Assembly (NCBI GenBank): GCA_002716285.1
Contig: PBAM01000010.1
Location: 15,403 to 79,402 of the forward strand
Origin: Acidimicrobiaceae bacterium
GTDB taxonomy: Bacteria; Actinomycetota; Acidimicrobiia; Acidimicrobiales; MedAcidi-G1
Direction: 5' to 3'
DNA: 64,000 nt
The stretch's first letter is position 1. Every line of letters starts with the position of its first letter. The notes beneath the pieces are model-generated. The model did no database searches and was not told where the DNA came from. It was given only the letters and a program-made list of their open reading frames with translations. Position numbers and translations under genes: made by a program. Of this stretch, positions 9,079-19,669 are shown piece after piece.

Positions 9079-10191
9079 TTATCTCTCACCAAAGTAACTT
9101 AAGTGTGTGGCTCTATAACTTTGACCATCTTTACTCTCTGCATTGAAATCATCACCAGCATCTTTACTTGAAATTAATGCCAACCCTAAATTTCCTTCCA
9201 TGGCGGGCGACCATGCTGCGACGCGTATTTCTCCGATTGCATTTCCTGATTCATCAAATGCCGTCCATGGCTCTTCAGTTGGCGAAGCTAGACGTTCGCC
9301 TGACAACAGAACCCTCACCAACCTTCTTGCAGAGCCTCTACCTTTTTCCGCTACTAAGGCTTCTTTTCCGATAAAACGCTCTTCTCTTTCCAAGTTCATA
9401 AAACGTTCCAGACCCAATTCCAAAGGAGTCGCTGAAGCTCCACAGTCAGTCCTATATGAAAGCAATCCACTTTCTATCCTTTCAACCGCATTAGGAGTAC
9501 CTGGATGAATACCGTATCTCAAACCAGAATTCCAGACTCTTTCCCAAAGGTCCATTCCTTTAGAGTCGTCCGTTAGAAATAATTCAAACCCTCCTTGCCC
9601 GCTCCACCCCGAACGGCAGATTATAAATGGGATGTCGTCCAATTGTGTATCTACAAAACCAAAGAAAGGTATATCCATAACCCAATCTCCGAGTAAATCA
9701 ACCATGGTTTGATCAGCTTTCGGTCCCTGAACCGCCAAGGGTGAAACTTCGGGTTCAAAAACACTGCAATTGAAGTTTCTTTCAGAACTTACAGCTTGAG
9801 CCCATAGCAGTAGATCACCATCTGCAGTTGACACCCAGTAGCGATCGTCTCTTAAACAAAGTGTTACCGGGTCGTTAATAAGAATTCCTTGATGGTCACA
9901 AATTGGTGTATAACGCGATCTACCCTCCTTGCATGACCTCATTCCTCTAGTTGATAGATATTCGACCAGTTCAAGAGCATCAGGACCCACTATCTCTACT
10001 TGACGCTCACACCCCACATCCCAAATAGAAACCTTTTCGGTTAATGCCTCATATTCAGCAGTTGGATTACCGTATGAAGTCGGCATATACATATGGTTGT
10101 AAATAGAAAATTGCTTAACTCCGTGTGAAATCGTCGCTTCGTAGAAAGGTGACTTCCTGACTCTTGAACCAATAGCAATTTCGCTAGTCAT
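9079..10191 (-). CDS. dmdA: GcvT-family aminomethyltransferase, DMSP demethylase DmdA-like
   Basis: IYNHM, IWDVGCERQVEI, INDPV, RSGWSGQGGFE and PNAVERIESGLLSY match DmdA-type motifs as recalled; substrate not proven. Confidence 0.65.
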   Translation of the reverse strand: MTSEIAIGSRVRKSPFYEATISHGVKQFSIYNHMYMPTSYGNPTAEYEALTEKVSIWDVGCERQVEIVGPDALELVEYLSTRGMRSCKEGRSRYTPICDHQGILINDPVTLCLRDDRYWVSTADGDLLLWAQAVSSERNFNCSVFEPEVSPLAVQGPKADQTMVDLLGDWVMDIPFFGFVDTQLDDIPFIICRSGWSGQGGFELFLTDDSKGMDLWERVWNSGLRYGIHPGTPNAVERIESGLLSYRTDCGASATPLELGLERFMNLEREERFIGKEALVAEKGRGSARRLVRVLLSGERLASPTEEPWTAFDESGNAIGEIRVAAWSPAMEGNLGLALISSKDAGDDFNAESKDGQSYRATHLSYFGER

Positions 10192-10193
10192 TT

Positions 10194-11837
10194 CTATTTA
10201 TCTCCTTCATGTTTATAAACAGGTGAGTCATCTGCTGCTAAGGGAGTATTACCTAATATGAGGTCTGCTGCCTTCTCGGCGAGCATCATAACCGGCGCAT
10301 AAATATTACCATTAGTGATGTTAGGCATAACAGAGGCGTCTACCACTCTTAGTCGGTCTGTCCCATGAACCCTCATCGACGAAGGGTCTACTACTGCCAT
10401 GTGGTCTGTTCCCATTCGAGCAGAACAAGATGGGTGAAGTGCCGTCTCAGAATCCTTTTTAATCCAATCCAAAATTTCATCATCATTTTCAATATCTGGT
10501 CCAGGTGCTATCTCTCCCCCATTGAATTCTTCAAAAGCTGGTTGACTCATTATTTTCCTAGCAACACGAATAGCCTCAACCCACTCTTTTTTATCCTCTT
10601 CGCTGGAAAGGTAATTGAATCTAATCGATGGTTTATCAAAAGGGTTGCTTGTTTTTATTTTGATACTTCCGCGACTATCAGAGAACATTGGTCCTACGTG
10701 AAACTGGTAGCCGTGGCCTGAAATAGGAGTGCTTCCGTCATACCTAATAGCAATAGGTAAAAAATGGAACATCAAATTTGGCCATTCAACTCTTTCATTT
10801 CCTCTTACGAAACCCCCTGCTTCAAAATGGTTAGTTGAACCTGGACCTTTTCTCAACAGCCATTGAAGAAAAACCAAAGGCCGTCTCCACATCTGCAGAT
10901 AGGGCGACATGGAAACAGGTTTTTTGCAGGCGTACTGGACGTAAACCTCTAAGTGATCCTGTAAATTCTCACCCACGCCGGTAAGGTCAATCAATGTCTT
11001 CACACCGGCTTCTTCAAGGGTTCTAGCTGAACCCACTCCTGATAGTTGTAGTATTTGTGGAGTATTTATAGCACCTCCGCAACAAATCACTTCACCTGCT
11101 GTAATTGTTTTGTTGCGCCTATCTTTTCTGAACTCAACCCCGATCGCCCTGTCACCATCGAAAATTATTTTCGTGACATGGGCTCTTGTTATGACATCTA
11201 AATTTGCCCTTGAGGTAATAGGGTGCAAATAAGCAACTGAAGCGGAATTTCGTCTACCCTGATAAATGTTTCGGTCAAAAGAAGCGAACCCTTCTTGGCG
11301 ATACCCATTCACATCTTCAGTTAGCTCATAACCGGCCTCTTGGACCGCATCAAAAAAAGCTCCGAATAAAGGGCTCGAAGCAGGCCCTCTTTCCAGCATT
11401 AACGGACCACTGTCCCCTCTGTATCTATCTGCCCCATGGAGGCAGGTTTCCATTCTTTGGAAATAAGGCAAACAATGCGGATAGCTCCACTCTTTGCAAC
11501 CTGGTGTTGTAGCCCAGCGTTCATAATCAGCAGGATTGCCACGTTGAAAAATCATGCCGTTGATACTTGAAGAACCCCCCAAAACCTTTCCCCTGGCATG
11601 AGACACTCTTCTACCTTCAAGTCCCGGTTCAGGATCAGATTCGTACTTCCAGTCGTAAAACTTGTTACCTATGCCGTATGAAAGTGCTGCAGGCATATGA
11701 ATTACGAAATCCCATCGATGGTCTCGCCTTCCTGCTTCCAGTAAAAGGACTTTCACATCGCTGTTTTCACTTAAGCGATTTGCAAGTACACATCCAGCTG
11801 AGCCTCCACCTACGATAACTACGTCGTAATTACTCAT
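10194..11837 (-). CDS. betA: Choline dehydrogenase (GMC oxidoreductase)
   Basis: [60 protein letters not shown]. Confidence 0.9.
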   Translation of the reverse strand: MSNYDVVIVGGGSAGCVLANRLSENSDVKVLLLEAGRRDHRWDFVIHMPAALSYGIGNKFYDWKYESDPEPGLEGRRVSHARGKVLGGSSSINGMIFQRGNPADYERWATTPGCKEWSYPHCLPYFQRMETCLHGADRYRGDSGPLMLERGPASSPLFGAFFDAVQEAGYELTEDVNGYRQEGFASFDRNIYQGRRNSASVAYLHPITSRANLDVITRAHVTKIIFDGDRAIGVEFRKDRRNKTITAGEVICCGGAINTPQILQLSGVGSARTLEEAGVKTLIDLTGVGENLQDHLEVYVQYACKKPVSMSPYLQMWRRPLVFLQWLLRKGPGSTNHFEAGGFVRGNERVEWPNLMFHFLPIAIRYDGSTPISGHGYQFHVGPMFSDSRGSIKIKTSNPFDKPSIRFNYLSSEEDKKEWVEAIRVARKIMSQPAFEEFNGGEIAPGPDIENDDEILDWIKKDSETALHPSCSARMGTDHMAVVDPSSMRVHGTDRLRVVDASVMPNITNGNIYAPVMMLAEKAADLILGNTPLAADDSPVYKHEGDK

Positions 11838-11930
11838 TAGAAATCTCCGTGTAAATCAAATTTTTCATAGAATTGATTCTGCCTTCAAACTTGTCCTTAG
11901 TGGTGTCAAGGAAAACTTTTTACTAAAAAG

Positions 11931-11936
11931 TATCCT
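11931..11936 (+). promoter_or_regulatory. Putative -10 element (TATCCT) of leaderless P450 transcript
   Basis: TANNNT hexamer 5 nt before ATG 11942; no SD. Confidence 0.45.
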
Positions 11937-11941
11937 TACAT

Positions 11942-13117
11942 ATGGGAAAAAGTGTCTATGTGCCTAGATCTGGTGAGTCGTGGCGTAACCCTTATCCTAT
12001 GTATTCAGATCTGCGAGATAACTCTCCGGTACATTTCGTAGAAGAAGGATCTTATTGGTTCTTATCTCGATTCGAAGATGTGTTTAATGCTGCAAGAAGT
12101 CCGAATATATTTTCCTCCCAACATGGTCTAACAATTGATCAGAATTCAGAATATTTAGAAATGGGAGATGCAACTCCTATAGTTTTTCTGGATCCACCTG
12201 AACATACCCAATTCAGAAGACTGATAAGCAAGGGTTTCACTCCTAGAAAAGCTGAAGACATGAGGCAGGACATTAATTCTTTTGTCGAGACAGCAATAAT
12301 CAGAATAAAGGAATTAGAAAGCTGTGACATTATTTCTGAACTGTTTAAGCCCCTACCGAGTTTCGTGGTTTCAAAGTATTTAGGCGTACCAGCATCAGAT
12401 CGAGTGATTTTTGACACTTGGACTGAAAGAATCGTTGCAGGTGCAGTCCAAAATGAAGATAGTGAAGGACTCGATGCCATTATTGAACTTACAAGTTACT
12501 TCACAGAAATGATCGAGTGGAGGAAGAGTAAACCTGGGGATGATTTGATTTCAGAACTCCTAGAAATGGGTGAAGAGAAAGTTTCTATCATGTGGATTCT
12601 CGGATTAGCTTTCACGATGATCGCAGGCGGAAACGACACGACAACTGGCTTATTGGGTGGTTCAGCAGTGTTGCTGACTGAGAACCCCGATCAGCGAAAA
12701 CTTTTGTTAGAAGATTTACGACTTTTACCTGAGGCAATTGAAGAATTGTTAAGAATGACCTCTCCTGTTCAAGGTCTCAGTCGAGTTCTTCTAGAAGACT
12801 TCGAGTTGCATGGTGAAAAAATATCCTCTGGGTCTCGTGTCCTTATTGGTTATGGGTCTGGTAATAGAGACGAACGCGAATTTGGTAAAGATTCTGAAAA
12901 ACTAAACATTCGTCGAAAAATAAAACGAACGTTGGGTTTCGGATCGGGCGCACATCTTTGTCTAGGTGCATCTGTCGCTCGCCTACAGTCCTCTATTGCA
13001 CTTAAGGGGATCTTGAGAAATTTTCCTGATTTCTATGTGGATGAAAGTTCCTCCACCTACGCAACTGGAAACTATGTGCGAAGGCACACACATTTAGCTT
13101 TCCACTCAAGTGACTGA
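11942..13117 (+). CDS. Cytochrome P450
   Basis: DPPEH, AGGNDTT I-helix, EELLR, FGSGAHLCLG heme-Cys motif. Confidence 0.95.
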   Translation: MGKSVYVPRSGESWRNPYPMYSDLRDNSPVHFVEEGSYWFLSRFEDVFNAARSPNIFSSQHGLTIDQNSEYLEMGDATPIVFLDPPEHTQFRRLISKGFTPRKAEDMRQDINSFVETAIIRIKELESCDIISELFKPLPSFVVSKYLGVPASDRVIFDTWTERIVAGAVQNEDSEGLDAIIELTSYFTEMIEWRKSKPGDDLISELLEMGEEKVSIMWILGLAFTMIAGGNDTTTGLLGGSAVLLTENPDQRKLLLEDLRLLPEAIEELLRMTSPVQGLSRVLLEDFELHGEKISSGSRVLIGYGSGNRDEREFGKDSEKLNIRRKIKRTLGFGSGAHLCLGASVARLQSSIALKGILRNFPDFYVDESSSTYATGNYVRRHTHLAFHSSD

Positions 13118-13172
13118 GTATCTTTATATCTTCGATATCCTTAACATCAACTAATTTGTTTGAGGATAACCA

Positions 13173-13988
13173 ATGAGTAAGAATCACAAAGATCAAGTAG
13201 TCGTAGTCACTGGTGCTGGAAAAGGAATTGGACGTGCTATAGCGGAACGATTCTCAGATGAGGGCGCCAAAGTAGTCGTGAATGACATTGATGAAGATCG
13301 AGTCAATGAAGTAGTTGCGGTTATCAATGACAACGGAGGTGATGCTATTGGAGTTGTCGCTGACGTAGCTGATAGTAGTCATGTGAAAAGAATTTTCGAC
13401 TCGGCATTAGAATCTTTCGGAACTGTTGACGTACTTGTAAACAATGCAGGGATCGTAAGTCCAATGCTTCACTTTTTCGAAGCAGATGAGGCTTGGTGGA
13501 GACGCATTATTGACGTTAATTTAACTGGGCATTTCCTTTGCTCCCAACAAGCAGCAAGGATCATGGCTTCCAAAAAACACGGTGTGATTATCAACATGTC
13601 GTCAGGTGGTGCTACTCGTGCACACAGATCCTTCACAGCCTATGACGCTTCAAAGGGAGGCATAGAAGCCCTTACTAGAGCAATGGCTCTTGATTTGGGA
13701 CCTTATGGCATAAGAGTGTGCGCACTCATGCCCGGTTCAATCGACACTGAGGGAATGGATGAAGAAGCAAGAAATCTACGGGGTGAGAATATACCTCTCG
13801 GTCGCCCTGGCGATCCTGATGATATGGCTGGTCCAGCACTTTTCCTTGCCTCTGAGGATGCCAAATACATCACTGGGGATGTAATTAAAGTGGATGGCGG
13901 AATGCTTTCGCAACAGAGATCTGCAACAGTGGATATAGTCCCCCCTTCCACATTCCCACCTTTAAAGGACGTTCTCGAAGGAGAGTAA
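13173..13988 (+). CDS. SDR family oxidoreductase
   Basis: TGAGKGIG, NNAG, YDASK, VDGG. Confidence 0.9.
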   Translation: MSKNHKDQVVVVTGAGKGIGRAIAERFSDEGAKVVVNDIDEDRVNEVVAVINDNGGDAIGVVADVADSSHVKRIFDSALESFGTVDVLVNNAGIVSPMLHFFEADEAWWRRIIDVNLTGHFLCSQQAARIMASKKHGVIINMSSGGATRAHRSFTAYDASKGGIEALTRAMALDLGPYGIRVCALMPGSIDTEGMDEEARNLRGENIPLGRPGDPDDMAGPALFLASEDAKYITGDVIKVDGGMLSQQRSATVDIVPPSTFPPLKDVLEGE

Positions 13989-13995
13989 CACCCTA

Positions 13996-16104
13996 ATGGT
14001 CACGAATAAAATACGAATCGGAGCTGATGTTGGAGGAACATTTACCGACGTAGTGCTTGAAACGGAAGGGGAAATCTTTTCAACGAAAGTTCTCACTACT
14101 TACGAATCACCCGAAATAGGAATGCTCCAAGGTATCAATGCAGTTATAGCCGATTCAGGAACTGATCTCTCCGAACTTGACTCTTTTATACATGGAACAA
14201 CTCTTGCCACAAATGCTTTGATCTCGAGAACTGGAGCAAGAACAGCTTTTGTAACCACAAAAGGTTTTCGCGACACGGTTGAAATGAGAACTGAGAGCAG
14301 ATTCGAACAATATGACCTCAATCTTGAATTGCCCAAACCTCTAATTGAGAGAAAAGACAGATATGTGCTTTCAGAACGCATATCTGCCGATGGTTCTGTA
14401 CTTTTACCTTTTGATGAAACGGAAGCTAAAAATTTGATCAACCTCTTGGCTCTTGAGGAGAACGGGTATGAAGCCGTAGCGGTAGGTTTCATACATTCAT
14501 ACATGAATGACAGCCATGAATCTCTCTTTCAGGAAATGCTTTTAGATCAACTTCCAAATATGAGAGTTTCAATTTCATCCGAAGTGTCTCCTCAAATGAG
14601 AGAGTTTGAAAGATTTAACACAGTATGTGCAAATGCCTACATCCAACCAATGATGGCTGCTTATCTTGAAAGGCTTAAAACGAAATTAGCTGACACCGGA
14701 GCGAAATGCGATATTCATCTCATCCATTCTGGCGGTGGATTGATCAGTATAGAAAGTGCAATAAAATTTCCTGTAAGACTCATAGAATCAGGCCCTGCAG
14801 GTGGCGCTATTTTCGCTTCTGAAATTGCTGCTCGTCACGGAATAGATGCTGCTCTCTCTTATGACATGGGAGGCACAACTGCAAAAATATGCCTCATAGA
14901 TGAACAATCTCCACGATCTGCAAAGACTTTTGAAGTAGCGAGAACCCACCGCTTCACTAAAGGAAGCGGAATGCCTATATCAATACCTGTTATAGAAATG
15001 ATTGAAATAGGAGCTGGCGGTGGATCAATTGCAAATGTTGATGACCTTAAACAGATAAGAGTCGGTCCCCTAAGTGCAGGTTCCGAACCAGGGCCGGCGG
15101 CATATGGATTAGGCGGTTCTCTAGCAACAGTAACGGATGCAAACATATTGCTTGGTCGAATCTCACCGGAGACTTTCGGTGCAGATGATATTGACCTCCT
15201 TCCCGAAGAGTCTAGAAAGGCTCTGTTAGCTGATGTAGCAGAGCCACTTGAAATAGCTGTTGAAAATGCAGCGATTGGAATCATCGAGGTTGTCGATGAA
15301 AATATGGCTAATGCAGCTCGTGTTCATGCAGTAGAAAATGGTAGAGACGTATCCCAATACACAATGATTGCGTTTGGCGGCGGAGCGCCTCTTCACGCCT
15401 CTCGCTTATGCGATAAGTTGGAAATAGAAAGATTACTTATCCCTCCCGGAGCAGGTGTAGGTTCTGCCATAGGTTTTCTTCGAACACCCTTTTCCTATGA
15501 AGCTTTAAAAAGTTTCTACGTATCCATTGAAAATTTTGACCATGAAAGCGTAAACCAGCTTCTAAGCAATCTGACTTCAGAGGCTACAGAATTTGTAATG
15601 GATGCATCGAATGAGAATTTCTCTGTCGAGAGTCTCATTGTGGAACGTTGTGCTTTTATGAGGTATGTAGGACAAGGATGGGAAATCACTGTCCCTCTGG
15701 AAAATGCGATATTTGACCACCTTGGTATCGAATTACTCAATAACGAGTTCGAGAAAACCTATGAGGAACATTTTGGTAGAGCCATAGAAGGTCTGCAGAT
15801 TGAAGTAGTCGGATGGTCCGTAAAGGTGACTTCTCCACGACCAGAAATTGAAAAGACTATTACTGTTGGTTCTGAAAATATTGTTACAAGCAATTTTAAA
15901 CGTATCATCTATGACCCAGTCAAGAATTCTGAAGTTGACGCCTCTGTCTTTGAGCGTGAAAATTTAACCCCCGGTGACTGTGTTATGGGTCCAGCGATAA
16001 TTGTTGAGGCTCAAACAACAACTTGGATTTCTAGTGAAAAGAAGTCGTCTGTCCAGCAAGATGACTGTCTGCTGATAACTAAAAAGACTGAGGCTGCCGA
16101 ATGA
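13996..16104 (+). CDS. Hydantoinase A / 5-oxoprolinase subunit A family
   Basis: DVGGTFTD, HGTTLATNA, ESGPAGG, DMGGTTAK, IGAGGGSIA, AFGGGAPLHA. Confidence 0.93.
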   Translation: MVTNKIRIGADVGGTFTDVVLETEGEIFSTKVLTTYESPEIGMLQGINAVIADSGTDLSELDSFIHGTTLATNALISRTGARTAFVTTKGFRDTVEMRTESRFEQYDLNLELPKPLIERKDRYVLSERISADGSVLLPFDETEAKNLINLLALEENGYEAVAVGFIHSYMNDSHESLFQEMLLDQLPNMRVSISSEVSPQMREFERFNTVCANAYIQPMMAAYLERLKTKLADTGAKCDIHLIHSGGGLISIESAIKFPVRLIESGPAGGAIFASEIAARHGIDAALSYDMGGTTAKICLIDEQSPRSAKTFEVARTHRFTKGSGMPISIPVIEMIEIGAGGGSIANVDDLKQIRVGPLSAGSEPGPAAYGLGGSLATVTDANILLGRISPETFGADDIDLLPEESRKALLADVAEPLEIAVENAAIGIIEVVDENMANAARVHAVENGRDVSQYTMIAFGGGAPLHASRLCDKLEIERLLIPPGAGVGSAIGFLRTPFSYEALKSFYVSIENFDHESVNQLLSNLTSEATEFVMDASNENFSVESLIVERCAFMRYVGQGWEITVPLENAIFDHLGIELLNNEFEKTYEEHFGRAIEGLQIEVVGWSVKVTSPRPEIEKTITVGSENIVTSNFKRIIYDPVKNSEVDASVFERENLTPGDCVMGPAIIVEAQTTTWISSEKKSSVQQDDCLLITKKTEAAE

Positions 16105-17705
16105 AACATTTAAAAAATCAAGTGATGTGGAATCGGCTTATATCAATAGTTGAAGAACAAGCTCTGGCTCTCGTTCGTACGGCCTTTAGTACAAGCGTTA
16201 GAGAAGCAGGAGATCTCTCAGCAGGTGTCTACGACACTAAGGGAAGAATGATTGCACAAGCAATAACTGGAACTCCGGGACATGTAAACACTATGGCAGC
16301 GGCTGTAGTTAACTTCATAGAAGATATCGGACCTCACAGAATCTACGAAGGCGATGTTTACATAACTAACGATCCGTGGAAGGGCACGGGTCATTTGCAT
16401 GACTTCACAGTTGTTACCCCTGTGTTCAGAGATGCAAACCTAATAGGTTATTTCGGCTGCACTGCTCATGTGGTAGACGTCGGTGGCAGGGGTTTCGGAC
16501 CTGACGCAACTGAAGTTTATGAAGAAGGGCTTTTCGTTCCTATTATGAAATTGTTGGAACGCGGTGAATTAAATGAAGATCTGATAAATATAGTTCGCCA
16601 TAACGTTCGTGAGTCTTCACAAGTAGTTGGTGACCTTCATTCTCTTTCAACATCTAATGAAACAGGTATTAGACGCCTACATGGAATGCTTGACGAATTC
16701 CATTTAGATGACTTAGAAGATCTAGCTGAATTCATCTTTGAAAAAACACATGATGCCACAATGAAACGCCTTTCGAAGTTGAAGCCAGGTGAATACAAAA
16801 ATGAAATGCAAGTTGATGGGTACAACGAGACAGTCACCTTAAAGGTGACTATTACAGTCGATAAAGAAGGTGCACATGCTGATTTCGGAGGAACTTCGCC
16901 AACCTGCGAGCATGGGGTGAACGTACCATTAGTTTACGCTCATGCTTATTATTCGTATGCCATGCTTGTAGCACTGGCCCCTGAGATGCCGAGCAACTAT
17001 GCATCACTAGCGGCTTTCACTGTTAGTGCACCAGAACAATGCATACTCAATGCTAAACATCCTGACCCTGTTGCAGTTAGACATGTGACTGGACATTTTG
17101 TAACAGATCTTTGCTTAGGCGCCATATCAGAAGCTCTCCCTGAAGTCATTCCAGCAGAAGGTGCAGGAGCTCTATGGAACTTTCATGTCAGCGCGAGGTC
17201 TGCTGAGTTGAATCTAGATTTGCCACCAAGAGAAATACTCATGTTCAATAGCGGTGGTACGGGAGCCAGACCAAATTTAGATGGACTAAGTAGTACTGCT
17301 TTTCCTAGTGGTGTCAGAACAATGTCATCCGAAGCAACCGAACAAGTCGGACCAATAGTTATATGGAGAAAAGAGTTGCGACCAAATTCAGGAGGAGATG
17401 GGCGCCATCGCGGTGGATTAGGTCAAATAATTGAGCTGGCTCCTTCTGAGGGTTACAAATTTTTCTTTAGCTGCATGTTTGACCGAGTCGAAAACCCTGC
17501 ACGAGGACGTAACGGAGGAGAAAGCGGCTCCCCTGGAAGGGTGTATCTCGATGACGGAACACCCTTTGATGCAAAGGGAAAACAACCTGTTCCAGAAGGA
17601 AGAAGACTGATTTTAGAACTTCCAGGTGGCGGAGGTTTCGGTAATCCGGAAGACAGAAATCCAGATTCAATTGAAAATGATTTGGCGCAGGGTTATGTTT
17701 CTTGA
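16101..17705 (+). CDS. Hydantoinase B / 5-oxoprolinase subunit B family
   Basis: REAGDLS, NDPWKGTGHLHD, HVVDVGG, SGGDGRHRGG, PGGGGFG; ATGA overlap with subunit A. Confidence 0.93.
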   Translation: MKHLKNQVMWNRLISIVEEQALALVRTAFSTSVREAGDLSAGVYDTKGRMIAQAITGTPGHVNTMAAAVVNFIEDIGPHRIYEGDVYITNDPWKGTGHLHDFTVVTPVFRDANLIGYFGCTAHVVDVGGRGFGPDATEVYEEGLFVPIMKLLERGELNEDLINIVRHNVRESSQVVGDLHSLSTSNETGIRRLHGMLDEFHLDDLEDLAEFIFEKTHDATMKRLSKLKPGEYKNEMQVDGYNETVTLKVTITVDKEGAHADFGGTSPTCEHGVNVPLVYAHAYYSYAMLVALAPEMPSNYASLAAFTVSAPEQCILNAKHPDPVAVRHVTGHFVTDLCLGAISEALPEVIPAEGAGALWNFHVSARSAELNLDLPPREILMFNSGGTGARPNLDGLSSTAFPSGVRTMSSEATEQVGPIVIWRKELRPNSGGDGRHRGGLGQIIELAPSEGYKFFFSCMFDRVENPARGRNGGESGSPGRVYLDDGTPFDAKGKQPVPEGRRLILELPGGGGFGNPEDRNPDSIENDLAQGYVS

Positions 17706-17762
17706 AATGTCGGGCAAAATTTAAAAGAAACTTAAATTAAGATTTATAACTGAGGGTATCTC

Positions 17763-18950
17763 ATGAAACATTTCGATACTTTAATCATCGGAGGCGCCGT
17801 CATGGGTAGTTCTACTGCCTATTGGTTATCTGAAAATCCCGACTATGACGGAAATATAGTAGTTATCGAACCAGATCCCACATATGCACAATCTTCCACG
17901 GCACTTTCTGAGGCAAGTATTCGGCACCAATTTTCACAACCTGTAAATATTAAACTTTCGATGTTTGCTACAGAATTTTTTTCAAATTTTCATAACCATG
18001 TTGAAGTGAATGGAGAGGCACCCGAACTTCCTTTTCATGAAACTGGCTACCTTTTTCTAGCTTCTAAAGATGGAATGGGAAATTTGATAGATAACCACGA
18101 GATTCAAAAAAAATGTGGAGCAGAAGTAGTGCTGCTTTCACCAAGTGAAATTAAGAAAAGATTTCCTTACATGAAGACCGATGACCTGGAGGGTGGGAGT
18201 TTAGGAATTAAAAACGAAGGAACACTGGATGCATTTTCATTGATGCAAGGTTTAAAACTACGAGCCAGACACAACGGGGTTGAATATTTAAATGATCGGG
18301 TTATCTCAATAAATTTTGATGAAAGCAAAGGTCTTGTGAGGGAAGTGAAATTGGATTCCGGTGAAATTCTTTCATGTTCACGTGTAGTGAATTGCGCCGG
18401 TCCCCGCGCAAGGTGGATAGCTGAAATGGTAGGACTGGAACTTCCAGTCGAACCAAGAATAAGAGCAGCTTTTGTTTTCGACTGCCGTGAAGTTCTTAAT
18501 GGGCAAACCCTTCCACTAACGATTGACCCTTCGGGGGTTCATGTGAGAACTGATCCTCCTCATTTTCTAGCAGGCGCACCCCCTGCAAATGATTTAGAGG
18601 TCGATCCTGATGACTTCAAAGTAAGGGGTGAAGAATGGGAAGAAAATATCTGGCCCGTACTAGCTCACCGTATTCCAGCTTTTGAAAAAATTAAGGTAAT
18701 GAGTTCATGGGCTGGTCATTACGCTTACAATACTTTGGATCAAAATGCGATACTTGGTACTTGTGAAACGCTGCCAAATTTCTTTTTTTGTAACGGTTTT
18801 AGTGGACATGGATTCCAACAGAGCCCTGGTGTGGGAAGAGGACTGAGTGAACTGATCACTTACGGTGAATACCGATCTCTCGACTTAACCGAGCTTGATT
18901 ACAGTAGGGTTCTTAAAAATGAACCTTTTTTGGAAAAAGCTGTTATCTAA
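17763..18950 (+). CDS. FAD-dependent oxidoreductase (DAO / sarcosine oxidase beta-like)
   Basis: IIGGAVMGSS, WAGHY, NGFSGHGFQQSPGVG. Confidence 0.87.
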   Translation: MKHFDTLIIGGAVMGSSTAYWLSENPDYDGNIVVIEPDPTYAQSSTALSEASIRHQFSQPVNIKLSMFATEFFSNFHNHVEVNGEAPELPFHETGYLFLASKDGMGNLIDNHEIQKKCGAEVVLLSPSEIKKRFPYMKTDDLEGGSLGIKNEGTLDAFSLMQGLKLRARHNGVEYLNDRVISINFDESKGLVREVKLDSGEILSCSRVVNCAGPRARWIAEMVGLELPVEPRIRAAFVFDCREVLNGQTLPLTIDPSGVHVRTDPPHFLAGAPPANDLEVDPDDFKVRGEEWEENIWPVLAHRIPAFEKIKVMSSWAGHYAYNTLDQNAILGTCETLPNFFFCNGFSGHGFQQSPGVGRGLSELITYGEYRSLDLTELDYSRVLKNEPFLEKAVI

Positions 18951-19669
18951 CTCTCTCCAAGGTAAGAAGAGCGCAGTTCTGGATTAGCTAGCAAAGCTTC
19001 AGCAGTATCATCGAGCACAACTCTGCCTGTTTGTAAAACCCAACCTCTATCAGCAATAGACAAAGCCATATTGGCATTTTGTTCCACCATAAAAATAGCC
19101 ATTCCTTCTTCGTGGATTTGTTGAATAAGTTCAAAATTCTGTTGCACGAGTGCAGGAGCTAGTCCCATTGATGGTTCATCCATAAGAAGAACCCTTGGGC
19201 GCGACATCAACGCACGTCCGATTGCCACCATCTGCTGCTCACCTCCTGAAAGGGTTCCTGCCTTTTGAGAAAGTCTTTCTTTGACACGCGGGAAAAGTTC
19301 ATAAATATTTTCAAGATCCTCCTCGATTCCTTCGGTATCATTTCGCAAGTAAGCACCAAGTTCAAGATTCTCTTTGACTGTTAAACGTTTGAAAAGTCGG
19401 CGATTTTCAGGAACCATCGTCACACCATTGATTACCCTGTAACTCGTTGGTTTGTCATTGACCACTTCACCATCGAGAAGAACTTCACCAGAGGTAGGGG
19501 TAACCATACCTAACAGAGTTTTCAAAGTCGTTGATTTTCCGCTTGCATTGCCACCCAATAAGCAAACCATCTCGCCCGGGTATATAGCCAGATCAACATC
19601 TTTAAGTATGTGAACAGCCCCATAATGGGTGTTGACCGAACGAAACTCTAGTAAAGCTGTTTCTGTCAT
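18947..19669 (-). CDS. livF: Branched-chain amino acid ABC transporter ATP-binding protein
   Basis: GGNASGKST, LSGGEQQMVAIGRALM, DEPSMGLAP. Confidence 0.9.
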   Translation of the reverse strand: MTETALLEFRSVNTHYGAVHILKDVDLAIYPGEMVCLLGGNASGKSTTLKTLLGMVTPTSGEVLLDGEVVNDKPTSYRVINGVTMVPENRRLFKRLTVKENLELGAYLRNDTEGIEEDLENIYELFPRVKERLSQKAGTLSGGEQQMVAIGRALMSRPRVLLMDEPSMGLAPALVQQNFELIQQIHEEGMAIFMVEQNANMALSIADRGWVLQTGRVVLDDTAEALLANPELRSSYLGES

